DNA of 64,000 nucleotides from Trichoplax adhaerens (Eukaryota > Animalia > Placozoa). The notes beneath the pieces are model-generated. The model was not told where the DNA came from, searched no databases, and saw only the letters and a list, made by a program, of their open reading frames with translations. Numbering within the stretch: the stretch's first letter is position 1; every line of letters begins with the position of its first letter. The translations under genes were made by a program, and so were the position numbers. The stretch covers positions 1,787,740 to 1,851,739 of the forward strand of contig NW_002060947.1 of assembly GCF_000150275.1 (NCBI RefSeq), read 5' to 3'. This document shows, one piece after another, positions 1 to 13,800 of the stretch.

Positions 1-448
1 ACTAGGAAAATACAGATTTTAAATGCAGAATATTATAATTCGTTGTAATATTTTAAACCAGATATTACAGCTTCAAATCAAAAGATCTGCAGTACATTTA
101 GCCTTATTTTTGAATGTGATACAGGCATAAAACTATATTTGTATATGTTAGTAAAATTTTATGGAAAAACGGGCGTAACTCTGATCATGATAGTGATAAT
201 GTAATTAAGTAGAGATATCATATACTTTTGGTCGAGTTACCGATACTGTACGTACAAAGAGGAATTCCCACTGTATTACTGATCATACAGTTTAATAAAA
301 GCAAGAATAACCTTGCATATAATATGATGTTATGAGAACCAAGCATGCACTTGATTACTCGCTAAGAACTTCACATAGATTTGCAATATACATATATTAA
401 TATTTTCAGGTACATTGAAATAGTCCATTTTGTCAATGCTGAAGTGCA

Positions 449-3400
449 CTAAAGATCTATCGAGTTAGAATTTAAAATTCTTCTAGCTATCAGTATTGCG
501 ATTACTGCTACTAGAAGCCATTGCGCAAAAGCCAAGCTACTAGATGAACTTTGCCGTAATTGCTGAGAAGGAATTGTGGTTTGTCTTGATGAGCTAACTT
601 GTGGATGGGTGTTGTTATTGATACTATTATCTGCATTTCTATTATTATCATTAACTTGACTCATTCTAGTTTCACCAGGCGTTGCACTTTGCCTTGAGTG
701 TAATTCGCTACGTTGATAATCCGTAGGAGTAGATCTGTTGGTGGCAATATCTCCTGCTGGGGTTTCTTTCGACGTTGAAGAAGCAGTGTCTTTATCAGAT
801 TCACCCTAAAGTGATAACAGTGAAAGAATTTTGAAAACAATCCCATTTTCAATCTCGAAATAAATGACAGTTTGCTGGTATTATAAATAACCAAATACAT
901 ACATTCCACGGTTCAATTTTATACAACAGTCATCATAGCATATATGCTTTAAGTCATACACTAGCGAGAGCTATATGATCTAAAAACTGTATCGATGATG
1001 TTGGCAGCTGACTACGGTATAAAGATTCTTAAATGAAACATGATGTAGAGATTACGCTTTACTCTTTCTATAGAACAAAATTTGATCCTTTGTTTTATAT
1101 TTTAGTGGAAGTATTCTGCTTCAACATGCAGGCTTATAGCGAAGGAATAAAATTTATTGAAACTTTCTTCAGTTAACATGTGCGAATTAATGTAATGTAC
1201 AGAAAAAATGTTTAAATTTTATTATTTGATAAATCCTTTGATCTCAATTTATAGCCAACAATCATTTGCTGATCGATCGTCTGTGTCGTAGTTGAAAAAC
1301 ATTGTTAATTATTAATTAATATTCAAGTTGTACCTTAAAAGAGATTTGCTTAGCTAATTCGATAGTTTCTTTACATTCTTTCGAATGATTAGGATCAACT
1401 ATTGAAGGAAGAGTTTGTTAAATTTAAAATTTAGATCAAAACTAGGAATTGCTTCATATGAATAAACGATCAGTTTTTGCATATTACTAATAACATAAAA
1501 CCGCAGCTAGTTATGTATTACCATTTAAGAGAAAAGATTTAAAGTCGACTTTGCAAACATCACAAGGCCATTCAAGGGATCTTGTCGTAAATTAAGAAAT
1601 AAGATATCGTTAGTATACACGATAGCGTTACGGTAAAAGCCCAAATCGGCTATTATCGGTGATGTAATATCCCGTTTATACGCGTTATTGATGTTATATT
1701 TAATAAATTATTAACGCCACAGTAAGGCATAAGATCATACCTCTTGGCAAATATTTGTCGTTCTTCCTTCGTGTAATCCAAAGCTCCAATAGCGCCATTA
1801 CCCGGACTAGGCATGAAGCCAATCAAAGCTACAAGGACGGTGCGAACTGCAGATAATTAATGATAGGATGGCTTACTCTATGCTGTAGTGTTATCGCTGG
1901 GCCAAAAACAGTTACGAGCAAGTCAACGGATTACAATAATTGACTCAGTTTAAGAATTATTGACGGAAGAGCTTTATCAATATTTAATTATATGTACTAT
2001 GCACTTAAGAAAGATTTTGTAGAGAGAAAAATAGTGATTACAAATTTATCAATGACTTACTACTCCACGAAGGACGCCAGGTTTCAGGATGATGGGCGGA
2101 CGTACTTAAACATATTTTTTTACCAGTTTCAAATCGACCATTAGGCTATTAACATCGATGAAATCAGGATTAATTACACATTCTATTTGTGATCAGTACA
2201 ATAATAGCGTGGATTTATCTCATATATCACGCTATTTATTTTTAAGAAGACGACGGGGCAGAAAACGAAAGTCTTTCATAGTGACTAGTGTTACTTTGCA
2301 AACACATACTGTTAATAACATGATACTTGGCGGCTTCATTGGATATTCAGTAGGCAGGGTTATACGTCCATGATAGAATCCACCATCGAAGTCACTATCA
2401 GGTGGTCCACGAATAGTAAAATGCCAATCGAATAGATTGTCCTGCGCCGTACATTCGAATGTGCATAATATGAGATTAGAAGGATTTATGAACTACTGGT
2501 AAAACTTTACTTGTTTTATATACGAGAAATCGTTCATTGAATGCAAGTTTGGACGCATAGTTAGTACACCTAAATACTGGTATGGTACTATTGATAGGTA
2601 GTAAAGAGATTACATAGTAAGGGCTATGATGGCTCGTACTTATTATCCAGTTTGGTGGAATGATGGCAAATTTATCGAATTCTACATACCTCCAACGGCT
2701 GAGCGTAATAATTTTCGGTCGGCTGACTTAATTCCATTGCTTCCCTCATTAATCGCTTCACGCCTTGATTATCGTATCAAAAAAGATTGAAGTACATTTC
2801 TGTAGTTATTATTTAGATATACGATTAATAACTTGACAACATTGGAGGAAGAATAGGTTAGCTACTAAGAAAAACGGCTATCGCTGTTGATCATAAGTTT
2901 GTAAATTGCATGAGCTTTCAATTAATGTCGTTCTAGTATTAGCGAGTCGTTAATTAATAAGATATAGTTTATAGCATAGATTTTAGAAGGAAGGATTAAA
3001 TTAATATAACCGGCATCGAAGCGTATGAGTATTCTATTACGAGTCAGCATTGTAAGCAAACGCGGAACAGGCGTTTATTAAAGACAGTTTAAGTTTATCA
3101 GAGCGCCATTAGGTTATTTTAACACTGAGATATCATACAATATTAGCCAATTCGATTGGTATTTAGCATTGATCGGTTAGGATAAGTCGAAAAGCGTTAA
3201 AATATTATTAAAGCAGTTAGTATTCGATTGTCATGTATGAAATGGATATTCAAGAATTGTGTTTTCTAGTATGGCTTAAGTACTAATCTGGAATTTTTGA
3301 AAGCTATTTAGCACACTAACACTTAAGCTAGGCCATAGGCAAGAATATTTGGGCATTGGAGTAATAGCGGGCATTTAAGATGTATACAGTATAAAAATAT

Positions 3401-4461
3401 TATACTCGTCTATCATGCTATGGTTGGCCTACAGGAAATGCCAATGTCTGCGTAATACAGTAATAACCATTTCTACGAATTACGATGCCTAGAAAGATTT
3501 GAGGTGAATGATCACTGGATTTACTTGTTGCCTACTAATTTTCAAAATGAAGAGTAATTTAGGGTGAAAGTGTTGTACTGCCTTTATTTTCAAGGAGACA
3601 GTGGTTGTAGTAGTGATTAGCACCTTTCATGTTAGTAGAATCAAAACGAAAATAACCTTTGTTGTTTAATTCTGTTTTACTTGTAGAATGGATTTGGGTG
3701 AGGATAGAATAGTAGTTGGTATACTAAACTCTTTCCGGTCTTTCTGTTGTAGTGAGGTATCTCAGAATGAGCTAACAAGTTCAATTGTATTCATTTACAT
3801 AGCAGTTACTGTTTATGAAAAGTTGTGGTATAACAGATGAAACGCTATTACTTTCATCTTGACATAGTCATAAGATTGAGTGGTGGATTGCAACGTAAGA
3901 GACTTTGATACGGTATAAGGTTCGAGGAGATTGTCCTTTAAGAGTGTAAAATATTGTGTAAGATTTCAGCAATATCATCATGCTCAAGTTGAGACTTTTG
4001 AACGCTTTCGTGGATAGTATTGCTGTAGTCCACTACCGTCGTATTTGGGTAGTAAGAACTGGATCCATGTTGTAGCCTTTGCAAACTTCATTAGTGCAGT
4101 CTATCGCTATACGCGTCCAGCCTATACTCGTCTACTTCCGATGATATTATGTACTGTATATTGGCAGACATGGCAGTCTGATCCATCATGAATTCAATCC
4201 GTTATTAGCCAGAGTGTACTAGCCCATAGACGTTTGCTTCTTAAAGAGAAACTTTTACTTCAAGGTAGGACTAACCAGCTATGGGATAGTATGATGATGA
4301 TGATGGAACGGAAAGCATGAACAACTCCCCAACTCGGCGATTGTACGAGTTGTTTCTATTCTCATCTTCAATCAAGTATTGTACAGTATTGTCTATTGCG
4401 TCCTACTACACGGTGATTTACCTGGATTCTTGGTGTTATAACATTCCGAGATGGAAGCCAT
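449..4461 (-). CDS. UBE2J1: Ubiquitin-conjugating enzyme E2 J1 (ERAD E2, tail-anchored), 8 coding exons
   Basis: Spliced translation MASISECYNTKNPG|VKRLMREAMELSQPTENYYAQPLE|DNLFDWHFTIRGPPDSDFDGGFYHGRITLPTEYPMKPPSIMLLT|PNGRFETGKKICLSTSAHHPETWRPSWS... closely matches UBE2J1 (YNLKSPAVKRLMKEA; active-site ICLS). The C-terminal TM segment (AQWLLVAVIAILIA) is in ORF 449..664. Exon 1 (4422-4461) ends in phase 1, matching exon 2. Confidence 0.95.
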
Positions 4462-4979
4462 ACCGATTGCTAACTAGCCACAACACAGTAACTGAGGTAA
4501 AATGGCGTCGATGGATGGATTTGGATGAGAAAAATGAATTTTCTTGCAGTTAAATTTCTCCCCACTCCACTAATATTGTCAACAAATGGTGGTTGATTCA
4601 TACAGTCCAAAGTGCTACAGTGCAAGCGACGGTTGTCTGGTTGAATTGTACACTGTACACTGTAAAGGAGTGGAATTGCTAGTGCATGTATAGAACAGTA
4701 CCGAGAGCGTGGTAGAATCAAGTTGACTGAGTCTCGATGTCTTAGTCATGTACTGTTGATTCGCACCCCATCACATGGGATTGAATGTTGATAGTTATGT
4801 ATTGGCAATAGAGAACTTAGAATTGCTATTTTACGGATATTTACACGTCCATAAGCATCGTGAATGATTCAATACTTGTTGTATGGAGAGTTAGGCAAAC
4901 ACAGAATTCATTTACATCTCATTCTTGTATTGAAACAACTTTGCAAAATGATATTTTGACTAGGCTATAAGCCAGCGTT

Positions 4980-6590
4980 GCAGGAGCGTTGTTTACAGTT
5001 GTAGAGTACAGTATGAGGAAGTTGCAGACTTTGTACTGTACACTGTAAGCTGAGACTGTAAGGATTGGCTTTGGTGCAGCACGATGTGACATGGCTTTTG
5101 CACACAATTTTGCCAATGTTGCCACGGTACTGTGTGTTACACTAGTGTACAATACGATGAATAGGTGTCGCTACTCGATTACTTTCAAAAATAATATCAT
5201 CCATTGGGTGGCTCGTTTGCGCTACATTACTTTGAATCAGCCGCTAGTTGTCTAATCCTAATAAGTCATTTAGAAAGTAGGTAGCTTTAGTACACCTGTG
5301 TTACCCTGTATAAAATTGAAATGGATGGGAATAGAGAAAGTTGAGCTCGTCAATTTGCATCATTCCTTGAACGCAGCAGCGCAGCTGTTGCTGGAGAAGT
5401 GCTGTTACTATGTTGTACACTTAAGCTGAGACTGTAAGGATTGGCTTTGGTGCAGCAGGACGTGACATGGCTTTTGCACACAATTTTGCCAATGTTGCAC
5501 TGTACTCCGTGTTACATTAGTGTATCATATGATGAATAGGAGTCGCTACTCGATTACTTTCAAAAATAATGTCGTCCAATGGGTGGCTCGTTTTCGCTAC
5601 ATTATTTTGAATCAGCCGCTAGTTGTCTAATCCTAATAAGCCATTTAAAAAGTAGGTAGCTTTAGTACACCTGTGTTACCCTGTATAAAATTGAAATGGA
5701 TGGGAATAGAGAAAGTTGAGCTCGTCAATTTGCATCATTCCTTGAACGCAGCAGCGCAGCTGTTGCTGGAGAAGTGCTGTTACTATGTTGTACACTTAAA
5801 CTGAGACTGTAACGATTGGCTTTGGTGCAGCAGGATGTGACATGGCTTTTGCACACAATTTTGCCAATGTTGCACTGTACTCCGTGTTACATTAGTGTAT
5901 CATATGATGATTAGGAGTCGCTACTCGATTACTTTCAAAAATAATGTCGTCCAATGGGTGGCTCGTTTTCGCTACATTATTTTGAATCAGCCGCTAGTTG
6001 TCTAATCCTAATAAGTCATTTAAAAAGTAGGTAGCTTTAGTACACCTGTGTTACCCTGTATAAAATTGAAATGGATGGGAATAGAGAAAGTTGAGCTCGT
6101 CAATTTGCATCATTCCTTGAACGCAGCAGCGCAGCTGTTGCTGGAGAAGTGCTGTTACTATACTGTACAGTACAGTACAGTATACTGTACGCAAGTTGCA
6201 GACTTTGTACTGTACACTGTAAGCTGAGACTGTAAGGGTTGGCTTTCGTGTAGCAGGGTGTGACATTGATTTTGCACACAATTTTGCCTATGTTGCCACG
6301 ATACTGTGTGTTACAGTAGTGTACAATACGATGAATAGGAGTCGCTACTCCACTACTTTCAAAAACAATGTCATCCATTGGGTGGCTCGTTTTCGCTACA
6401 TTACTTTCAATCAGCCGCTAGTTGTCTAATCCTAATAAGTCAGCTTAAAAGCAGGTAGCTTTAGTATACCTGTGTTACCCCGCATGAATGTGATTCCTTA
6501 ATTGAAATGGAAATGGATGGGAATGGAGAGAGTTGAGCTCGTCAATTTGCATCATTCCTTAAACGCACCACAGCTGCTGCTACTACAGTA
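4980..6590. repeat. Tandem array, ~375-bp unit, ~4.3 copies
   Basis: The anchor cctgtg-ttaccc recurs with ttaccc at 5301, 5676, 6051 and 6475 (periods 375, 375, 424). The inner copies are nearly identical. Confidence 0.95.
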
Positions 6591-6639
6591 GTACAGTATT
6601 ACTTCAACGTGGTGGTGAATCATACAGTAGAGTGTCGTA

Positions 6640-6680
6640 GAGGGCGGAGACGTCAACAGACCTGATTGGTCCACGTCACC
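6640..6680. promoter_or_regulatory. Candidate promoter cluster: GC box, CRE-like site and ERSE-II/UPRE composite
   Basis: GGGCGG at 6642-6647, GACGTCA at 6649-6655, and ATTGG-T-CCACGTCA at 6665-6678 (ERSE-II is ATTGG-N-CCACG; the reverse strand reads TGACGTGG, the UPRE). It lies between divergent UBE2J1 and PEX7. Confidence 0.6.
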
Positions 6681-7034
6681 CACACAGGTCAAGCGTTTCA
6701 TGTGGGAGGGGTCAGACCAGCAGAGGTCGGCGATTCCATACAAACTGGTAGAGAGAGAGAGTCGATTGGAGTAAGGTAACCCATACAGTAAGCGCTTGGA
6801 CAGTGTAATTTATAACATCAAAGTGGATGGAGAAGATTATGGCTTAGCGAAGATGTGTCTACGCTGGTAGACTACCCCGTGTACCAATTCCATAACTGGC
6901 TATTTCGCCATCGTTATTTACAAGCGAGTTTGATGTTGCTATTGCAACCATCAACAACTTCTTCTCCAATCGTTGGATATTAATCTAGTGCTATTCTTTA
7001 TCTTCTCCACCGGCACACGATACTGTATCTCTGT

Positions 7035-9762
7035 ATGCAATACATAACCCAAAATCGACATGGTTATTCAGTCGATTTCTCGCCTTATTTTGCTGATCGG
7101 ATAGCCTGTGTGACTGGTGAAAATTTTGGCATTGCCGGTAAGCCAAATGATGATCTATTCTCATCACCAAGACCTACTTAGAATCGTCGATTGTTGCTAA
7201 TGTCCATGCTGTAAGCCTATGAAAGACAGTTATACAATTATCTATTATTTTTAATAGGTCCAGGAACATTGTATATCATTGATGCACAACCTCAGGGCTT
7301 ACTACTAAATAAGAGGTAATTCAACATGGATGCCATCATGCATTGTCTTGCAACAATTCATCGATATGGATTTGATCCATACTAGTCATATGCACAAATA
7401 CTTCAATCACTTTACTACTTGTACATGATAATACGATGGATAGACTTTAGATGCATGTAGTGATTTCAGCTAATTACAGTAGTTTTGTGGACACTACAAT
7501 GTATATTTTACACGATATGCAGCTACTAGTGGCTACATAAAGAGTGTATATATATATAATATATATAACCATTGTTTTCTTTTTCAACGTGAAGATTGGA
7601 ATGGAAATCCAGCTTATTTGATTGCTGCTGGAGTGAAATCAACGACAATATCATTGTAACTTGCAGTGGCGATGGTAGCATCCAAATTTGGAATATTAGT
7701 GCAGACAATGTCAGTAAAATAACTTTGTCATTTTGACATAGATCGGCCTTCAATGATCATTTCTATCCATTTTTTGTTGACGAGTTCAGAAAATACAATA
7801 ATAAGCCAATCTTAATGACACTGTCGGCCAAGCAATACGTATATTTGTGATATTCTCAGGGTAGATATATACAAGCCCGACAACGAATAGTATAACTAGT
7901 ACGTCTTGCAACATGCCTAATTTCTCTATATTAACCTACGTGTACATTATACAGTAAGAGGAGGCACAATGATATCCAATCTCAATCCTACGCACAAGAT
8001 ACACGACAATAAATAGTATGCCTTTAATACCTTACAATTGCTGTATCTATCCATCTCAATGTTACCTATTGCATCTGCATTGCCATGCTTAACAAATAGA
8101 ATAGCTATCAAAAAATCATAGCATTATTTAAATACCTTTTGTATAGGGTGCAGGAATGGAATACTTGCTGAACATGATGATCGATTAGCTACAATGATAC
8201 ACGATGACCCAATAAATCATGTACATCTTACTATTACAGCAACAAACTTACCACTGCTTGCATACAATGATTGCATAATGTTCAATTTAGGATTATTTTT
8301 CAAGTCATAAAATCTCCTATACTAGTTAGCGTATACAATATTATCAATTTATACTTGCATGCAACCGTTGTTACAGTAGATCTCCACCTCCAAGGAATCA
8401 TCATTGGATTATTTAATATTGTTGTGAAAGCAATCTTCAATCGAACAACTTAATATACTGTGTAATAACTGTAAATAGTTCACTCACGTAGAGAAGGCAT
8501 TACATTAAATGCATTTTTGAGTTTATTATTTTCTTATCATCATTGAACATAGGCTCCAGTTGCTGTCATGAAAGATCATTTACAAGAAGTAAGTAACTAT
8601 GCTTTAAGAGTATGTCGGTGTTGAAATTATTTCTTCTTGCTAATCTTTCTTATCTCTTAGGTTTATTGCGTAGATTGGACGAAGAGAAGAAACGCACCAC
8701 AGCATGTAATCTCTGCTTCCTGGGATAAAGATATTAAACTTGTACGTATACATGAAAAATGGTGAATTTGTGCCAATTCAATGTATCAGATGAATATGCA
8801 ATAGGACTCATTGCTCATAAATAGTTATTGTAATATTTATTTTTATGACATAAGTGGGACCCACAGAAAGGAATATGCCTTGCCACTTATAGTGGCCATG
8901 AAAATGTGGCTTATTGCGCTACATGGTCACCACATTACTTAGCAATGTTCGCTTCTGCCGCGGGTGATGGCACTATTCGCTTTTGGGATTGTAGGACTCC
9001 ATCACGTTGTCTTAAAATAATCAACGATGGAAGGGGTGAAATACTTCATTGTGACTGGAATAAATATAACAAAGTATTTTTATTCCCTAACTACAGAGCT
9101 GTTACGAATTGTAAAATGATAGTTGATTCTTAGTTGATAGAATTATATCGTTTACTTTTTAGGATGTGATTATTTCATGCTCTACCGATAATATCCTTAG
9201 GTTAGTAATTGTACTGAATTCTACAGATTTATGTTGACTTCCTATCAATTTTATTGAGATCTGTAATTATCTTTGTAGATGTTGGGATTTAAGAAATGCA
9301 AAGATTCCAACTATAACTTTACCTGGTCATCAATATGCAGTAAAGAAAGTTAAGGTTCGCTTTCGATTAGTCAATCATGTGAAAATGTATAGTTAAAAAA
9401 AGNCGATCGATAATTGATTTGCAATAAGAAAATGGCTGCATGATTGAGCTAATATCTATCATATTTAGTTTTCACCGCATAAGGAAAATATTGTGGCATC
9501 GTGTTCATATGATCTAACAGTCAGGTTTGTGCCCATTCTGTTCGGGTTATAATCATATTGCTATGCGAGCATAAATAGTTTTTATTATGTTTTGACTAGG
9601 CTGTGGAATATTGCATTACCAAATCCAATGTTGGAAGTAATTGAACACCATTCAGAATTTGTAACTGGATTAAATTTTAATTTACATAGGCCAGGTCAGA
9701 TTGTCGATTGTGCATGGGACGAGCATGTTAAAGTATACTCGCCTATGTCGCTACAGATGTAG
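7035..9762 (+). CDS. PEX7: Peroxisomal PTS2 receptor (WD40), ~10 exons
   Basis: MQYITQNRHGYSVDFSPYFADRIACVTGENFGIAG...LFDCCWSEINDNIIVTCSGDGSIQIWN...HVISASWDKDIKLWD...EILHCDWNKYN...GHQYAVKKVKFSPH...SCSYDLTVRLWN...HHSEFVTGLNFNLH...IVDCAWDEHVKVY are diagnostic PEX7 motifs. Introns are GT-AG. Confidence 0.95.
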
Positions 9763-10844
9763 GCACCTACCTATGCATACGATACTACTATTGTTTTCCG
9801 TAATATAGAATTTTGATAGCTTTACTGTAGTTTATTTATTCATGTTCTTAGATAATATCTTACGTACGTAACAGTGTATAGTTGTTTGTAAAAAATGTAT
9901 GATAGTTTACCAATTCGTTATAATATCGCACGCTTTTAGTTGTATGCCAGTTCAATGATGAGCTATGGCTTGTACGTTACTTCTAGATAAATGCATAATG
10001 TGAAAATTGAAATATTAACTCAAATCGAATTATATTTTGCGCTAATGGAAATAAATGCATTTTCTTTATTGACAATTGTTTCATCATACATTATTGTGTG
10101 ATATTAAACAACAAGAGAAGTATACCCATATTGTATGGCATTGCGGACTAGAATTCAGCATGGATTTAATGTGATGACAGTGCTTCTGTACCTCAAACAG
10201 TTGATGGTCATCATAATGCATGATATTATGCCACTGCTCCAAAAATAGCTATTGGTATTGGAATCATATTACTACCACCAAGATATTCAATCGTGACAAT
10301 TCTCAGTCTTTCTGTTAGCAAGATGTGATAATGTCAGAATTATAGTGCCGTATTATATCTGAGTTATACAGTACTTGGCCGCAGATCTCAGAATGTAGAT
10401 ATAGATATTAATAAATACATTGTCAGAAACTTTATAAATTATGCACGCTAGTAATGATTATATATCGAGCAATAATATCATAAGTTTTTACTTATAGTTG
10501 CCTAAGTCGTGTCCAAAGCTTAGTTATGCAGTCTAATTTAGGATTGCATTATTTGTACATTCAAAGCAGATCAATCAAGTATACCAAGTTCAATTTTCTT
10601 TGCTATGATAAATTCTTTCCTAAACCTGGTTAATATACAGTATATAGATCATATTTACATTCTCATTGAACAGGCTTAAAAGTTTTTAAGTTTATGATAT
10701 TTAGACAGTCATTTGTTAAAGTTCAAGAACATCATACTTTCGAATCAGCATAACCCCTAAGACGATACAGTAGTCCTGGCAACATATATCTGTATCCAAA
10801 TGTATGATACTTAATGATAACTTAAATCTACATACAGTCATTAA

Positions 10845-13800
10845 TTATTTTTTAAGGTCGTTATTTATAACTTCAATTCCTTCACCACAGCTGAACATAA
10901 CTGCCTCAGTCTTAGTAGATGATGAAGATTTTTTATTTCTTACTCTGTTTACAAAATCTTCCTCGTTCGAGTCACTTCTGTGTAGATAAGTTACATCTGT
11001 GGTTTGCATTGGATTGATGTTATGCTTTTGATCGGCCTTTACGATCTTGCAGTCAACAGACTGTCGTATATAGGCTGGTAGAAGGAGGCGCACAGCACTT
11101 CGATGACGTAATGAACACACTCGTGTTAATTTAAGCCACGCAAATTGCAGGGATTCTGCTATAAAAAAAATCAACATGAATATATGTTAATATAGTAAGA
11201 AACAGCTGAAGATATATAAAATTAGTTTATAATTTTATTTTAAGGTATCCATCATGGTGGGAAAAGTAAGAATAAAAGAAATAGTATACTGCAATTGAAT
11301 TAAATTACTATGCCTAATAGCATATACCTGCAGAATTAGTCACAGCTTCTGGTGAGGTAACTGATGGCATAGGCAATCTAAGTACACTACCGATATTCGT
11401 ACCAATCCATAAGCAGTTATGATGAGCTACCATAGCTGTCACACATATCCAATCCTTCTTAGCTAAAAATTGTATAGAGATATATTTTAAAGCGTAATAG
11501 CCGTCTAACCGTTATTTCTGTTAATATCCATATTTTAAGATCGGTATTACAGCTTAGTAATATGATTTTTCAGTACTGCTAGGCGAAGGTTTAAGCAATG
11601 AGAATATTTTCGTGCTCAAACTTACCAACACTTCCTTCAATGTGATCGGCTATATCAAATTCTTTGATGGTTTGATAGGTATTTTGATGGATTACGCGAA
11701 TAATACTGCTGCGACGAGTAGTAATCCACCAATAGTTGCCAACCGATGCCAAATTAGTTACATAATGCTTAGTTCGGGCATGGCATTGCATGGATGCCTA
11801 TAGTTTTTGTATAGAGCTTTCGAAAGTTAGTGATCAACCGGTGCTCCATTGATAGCGATTAAAATAGATATAAATATTTTAAATGCCAATATAGAGTAAT
11901 TCACCTCTATCTGCATATTATCAAGGCGTATAACATGTAGCATATTACCACAGCTACACCATAATGTATTACTACACGAATCGATGCATAAAATTGGTGC
12001 TATAGTATGGATTCCCAAGGAAATAGCATCATGATTGTCAAACTTCCAGTTTCCACCTGAATAAAGTGGCGATATAAGTTATTATAGAAAAATATTTATA
12101 CGAGCGTAAAATAAGATTTGGATGATTACCATTAGATACGTAAGCGAATTTAGGTCAGTTAGACTACTTTACGCAAATCAAACCTACTTGAATCTCTTTC
12201 AAAAACGATAAGCGTTCCGCTTACTAATCCAACAAATACTCGATCTTGATTATAACTAAATAACGGTACGATGAATTGTTAATTTTAGATACATCGAATA
12301 TTAATATTTAATAAAATATGAAGCTAAATGTCAGTAATACGCGTATTTTATCGAATTTTAATATTAGTGCTACACTTTTTACTTACTGAAGACTTAAGAT
12401 GGAATCTTTTAGCGATAAAGAATGTAGTAATTGATAATGGCTTGAGTTACATTCATATATGTATAACCTGGATTAATGAAATTTAAAATTAATTGTTATA
12501 GAATCCTTATACTTGAATTTTAGCAATTAGCATTCATGTATAAAGGATTAACTGGCTCTGGTAAATCTCGACGTAAGAATTAGTCAAGACATGAGTCAAT
12601 ATCATCCGATGTTTACAATTACAAGTGCTAAATGCTTGCATAGCGGCTGCCAGTATAATTTACTATCTATTAAATAACTGTCTATAATTAATTACCTAGT
12701 ATGAATATCTTATTAAACTATCATTTATTAGAACAGAGATTAATTTTGATCGGAATTAACGAAGCGTTACCGGCATAATTGTATGGCGTAATCAATTCTG
12801 GTGGATATATAGATGTTTTATAGTTGCAATACTTATATCACTATGGTATTACACTTTTGAAAATGATGTCTAATTACTAGCAAGTGTCTGATATAAACCA
12901 TGGAATCCTCTCGAATATGAAATCTATTAACTAGTTAAAGTTTTTATATTACTTAGTGCTTTATATCTTTCCTTATACTTTATGGAAATGATGTTATATT
13001 ACAGATGTTTCAATGCTTAGAATACCAGCTCTCACTGAAATACACAAAGGCAATCTAAATTAAGTCACAGTCAATTTCATGTAATTTAATATCTTGTCAT
13101 CATTTCTTAGGGTTATGTATTAATTCTGTTGAGTAATGAAATTCTGACGTCGTATATTGAAGCTATGAGTAGGAAATATGATTTATTTGACTAAGAATTT
13201 TCGATTTCGATTATGATAGCTTTGCATCTATCAGATTTCATTTTAATTATCCATCTCATTTAATTAAGGTTTTACCGTCACACCTTTCGAATTCAACTTT
13301 AATTTCATTAGGATAGTGGAATTTAATCAGTATCGATGATATGAATAATTTAATTATAATTATGACTAAAGCTTGCAATCATTATCGCATGTTTAGGAGC
13401 TATCGCGTTTCATCTTAAAACTAATCTATTTAGTGGGTTAGTTTTTAACTTGTTGAGGATTTCAGCATGAATTTTGTTTTAAATTATTTTTAAAATACAT
13501 TTAGATCGAACTTATTGTATTCTAGAGTTTATCCGCCTTTTCGGTAATTGTTATAGGTATAAGATGTAATTTGATACTGATGTTTCTAGTAACAAAATTA
13601 CATTCTTACCAGCCCGATTCAGAGCCAATCCACATACAGGGTTGTTGAAGACGGGCTTTAATATCGTTACTTGATAGCAAAATGGATTGTTTGGCATCAT
13701 GACGATCCATTTTTGAGCTTACTTGTGCTAATTTTTTTTCAATATTGTGATTTTCTACAGATTGGTAATGCTTATCCCCTTCTTTACTAAGAAGTTCATC

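Noticed and set aside
3011-3050. Candidate UBE2J1 first exon MLTRNRILIRFDAG
   Set aside because: The phase fits, but the exon at 4422-4461 (YNTKNPG) matches the conserved YNLKSPA motif and has a stronger donor.
4919-6378. ORFs 4919..5152, 6051..6281 and 6100..6378
   Set aside because: They lie within the 375-bp array, the frames are not preserved between copies, and no domain is recognisable.
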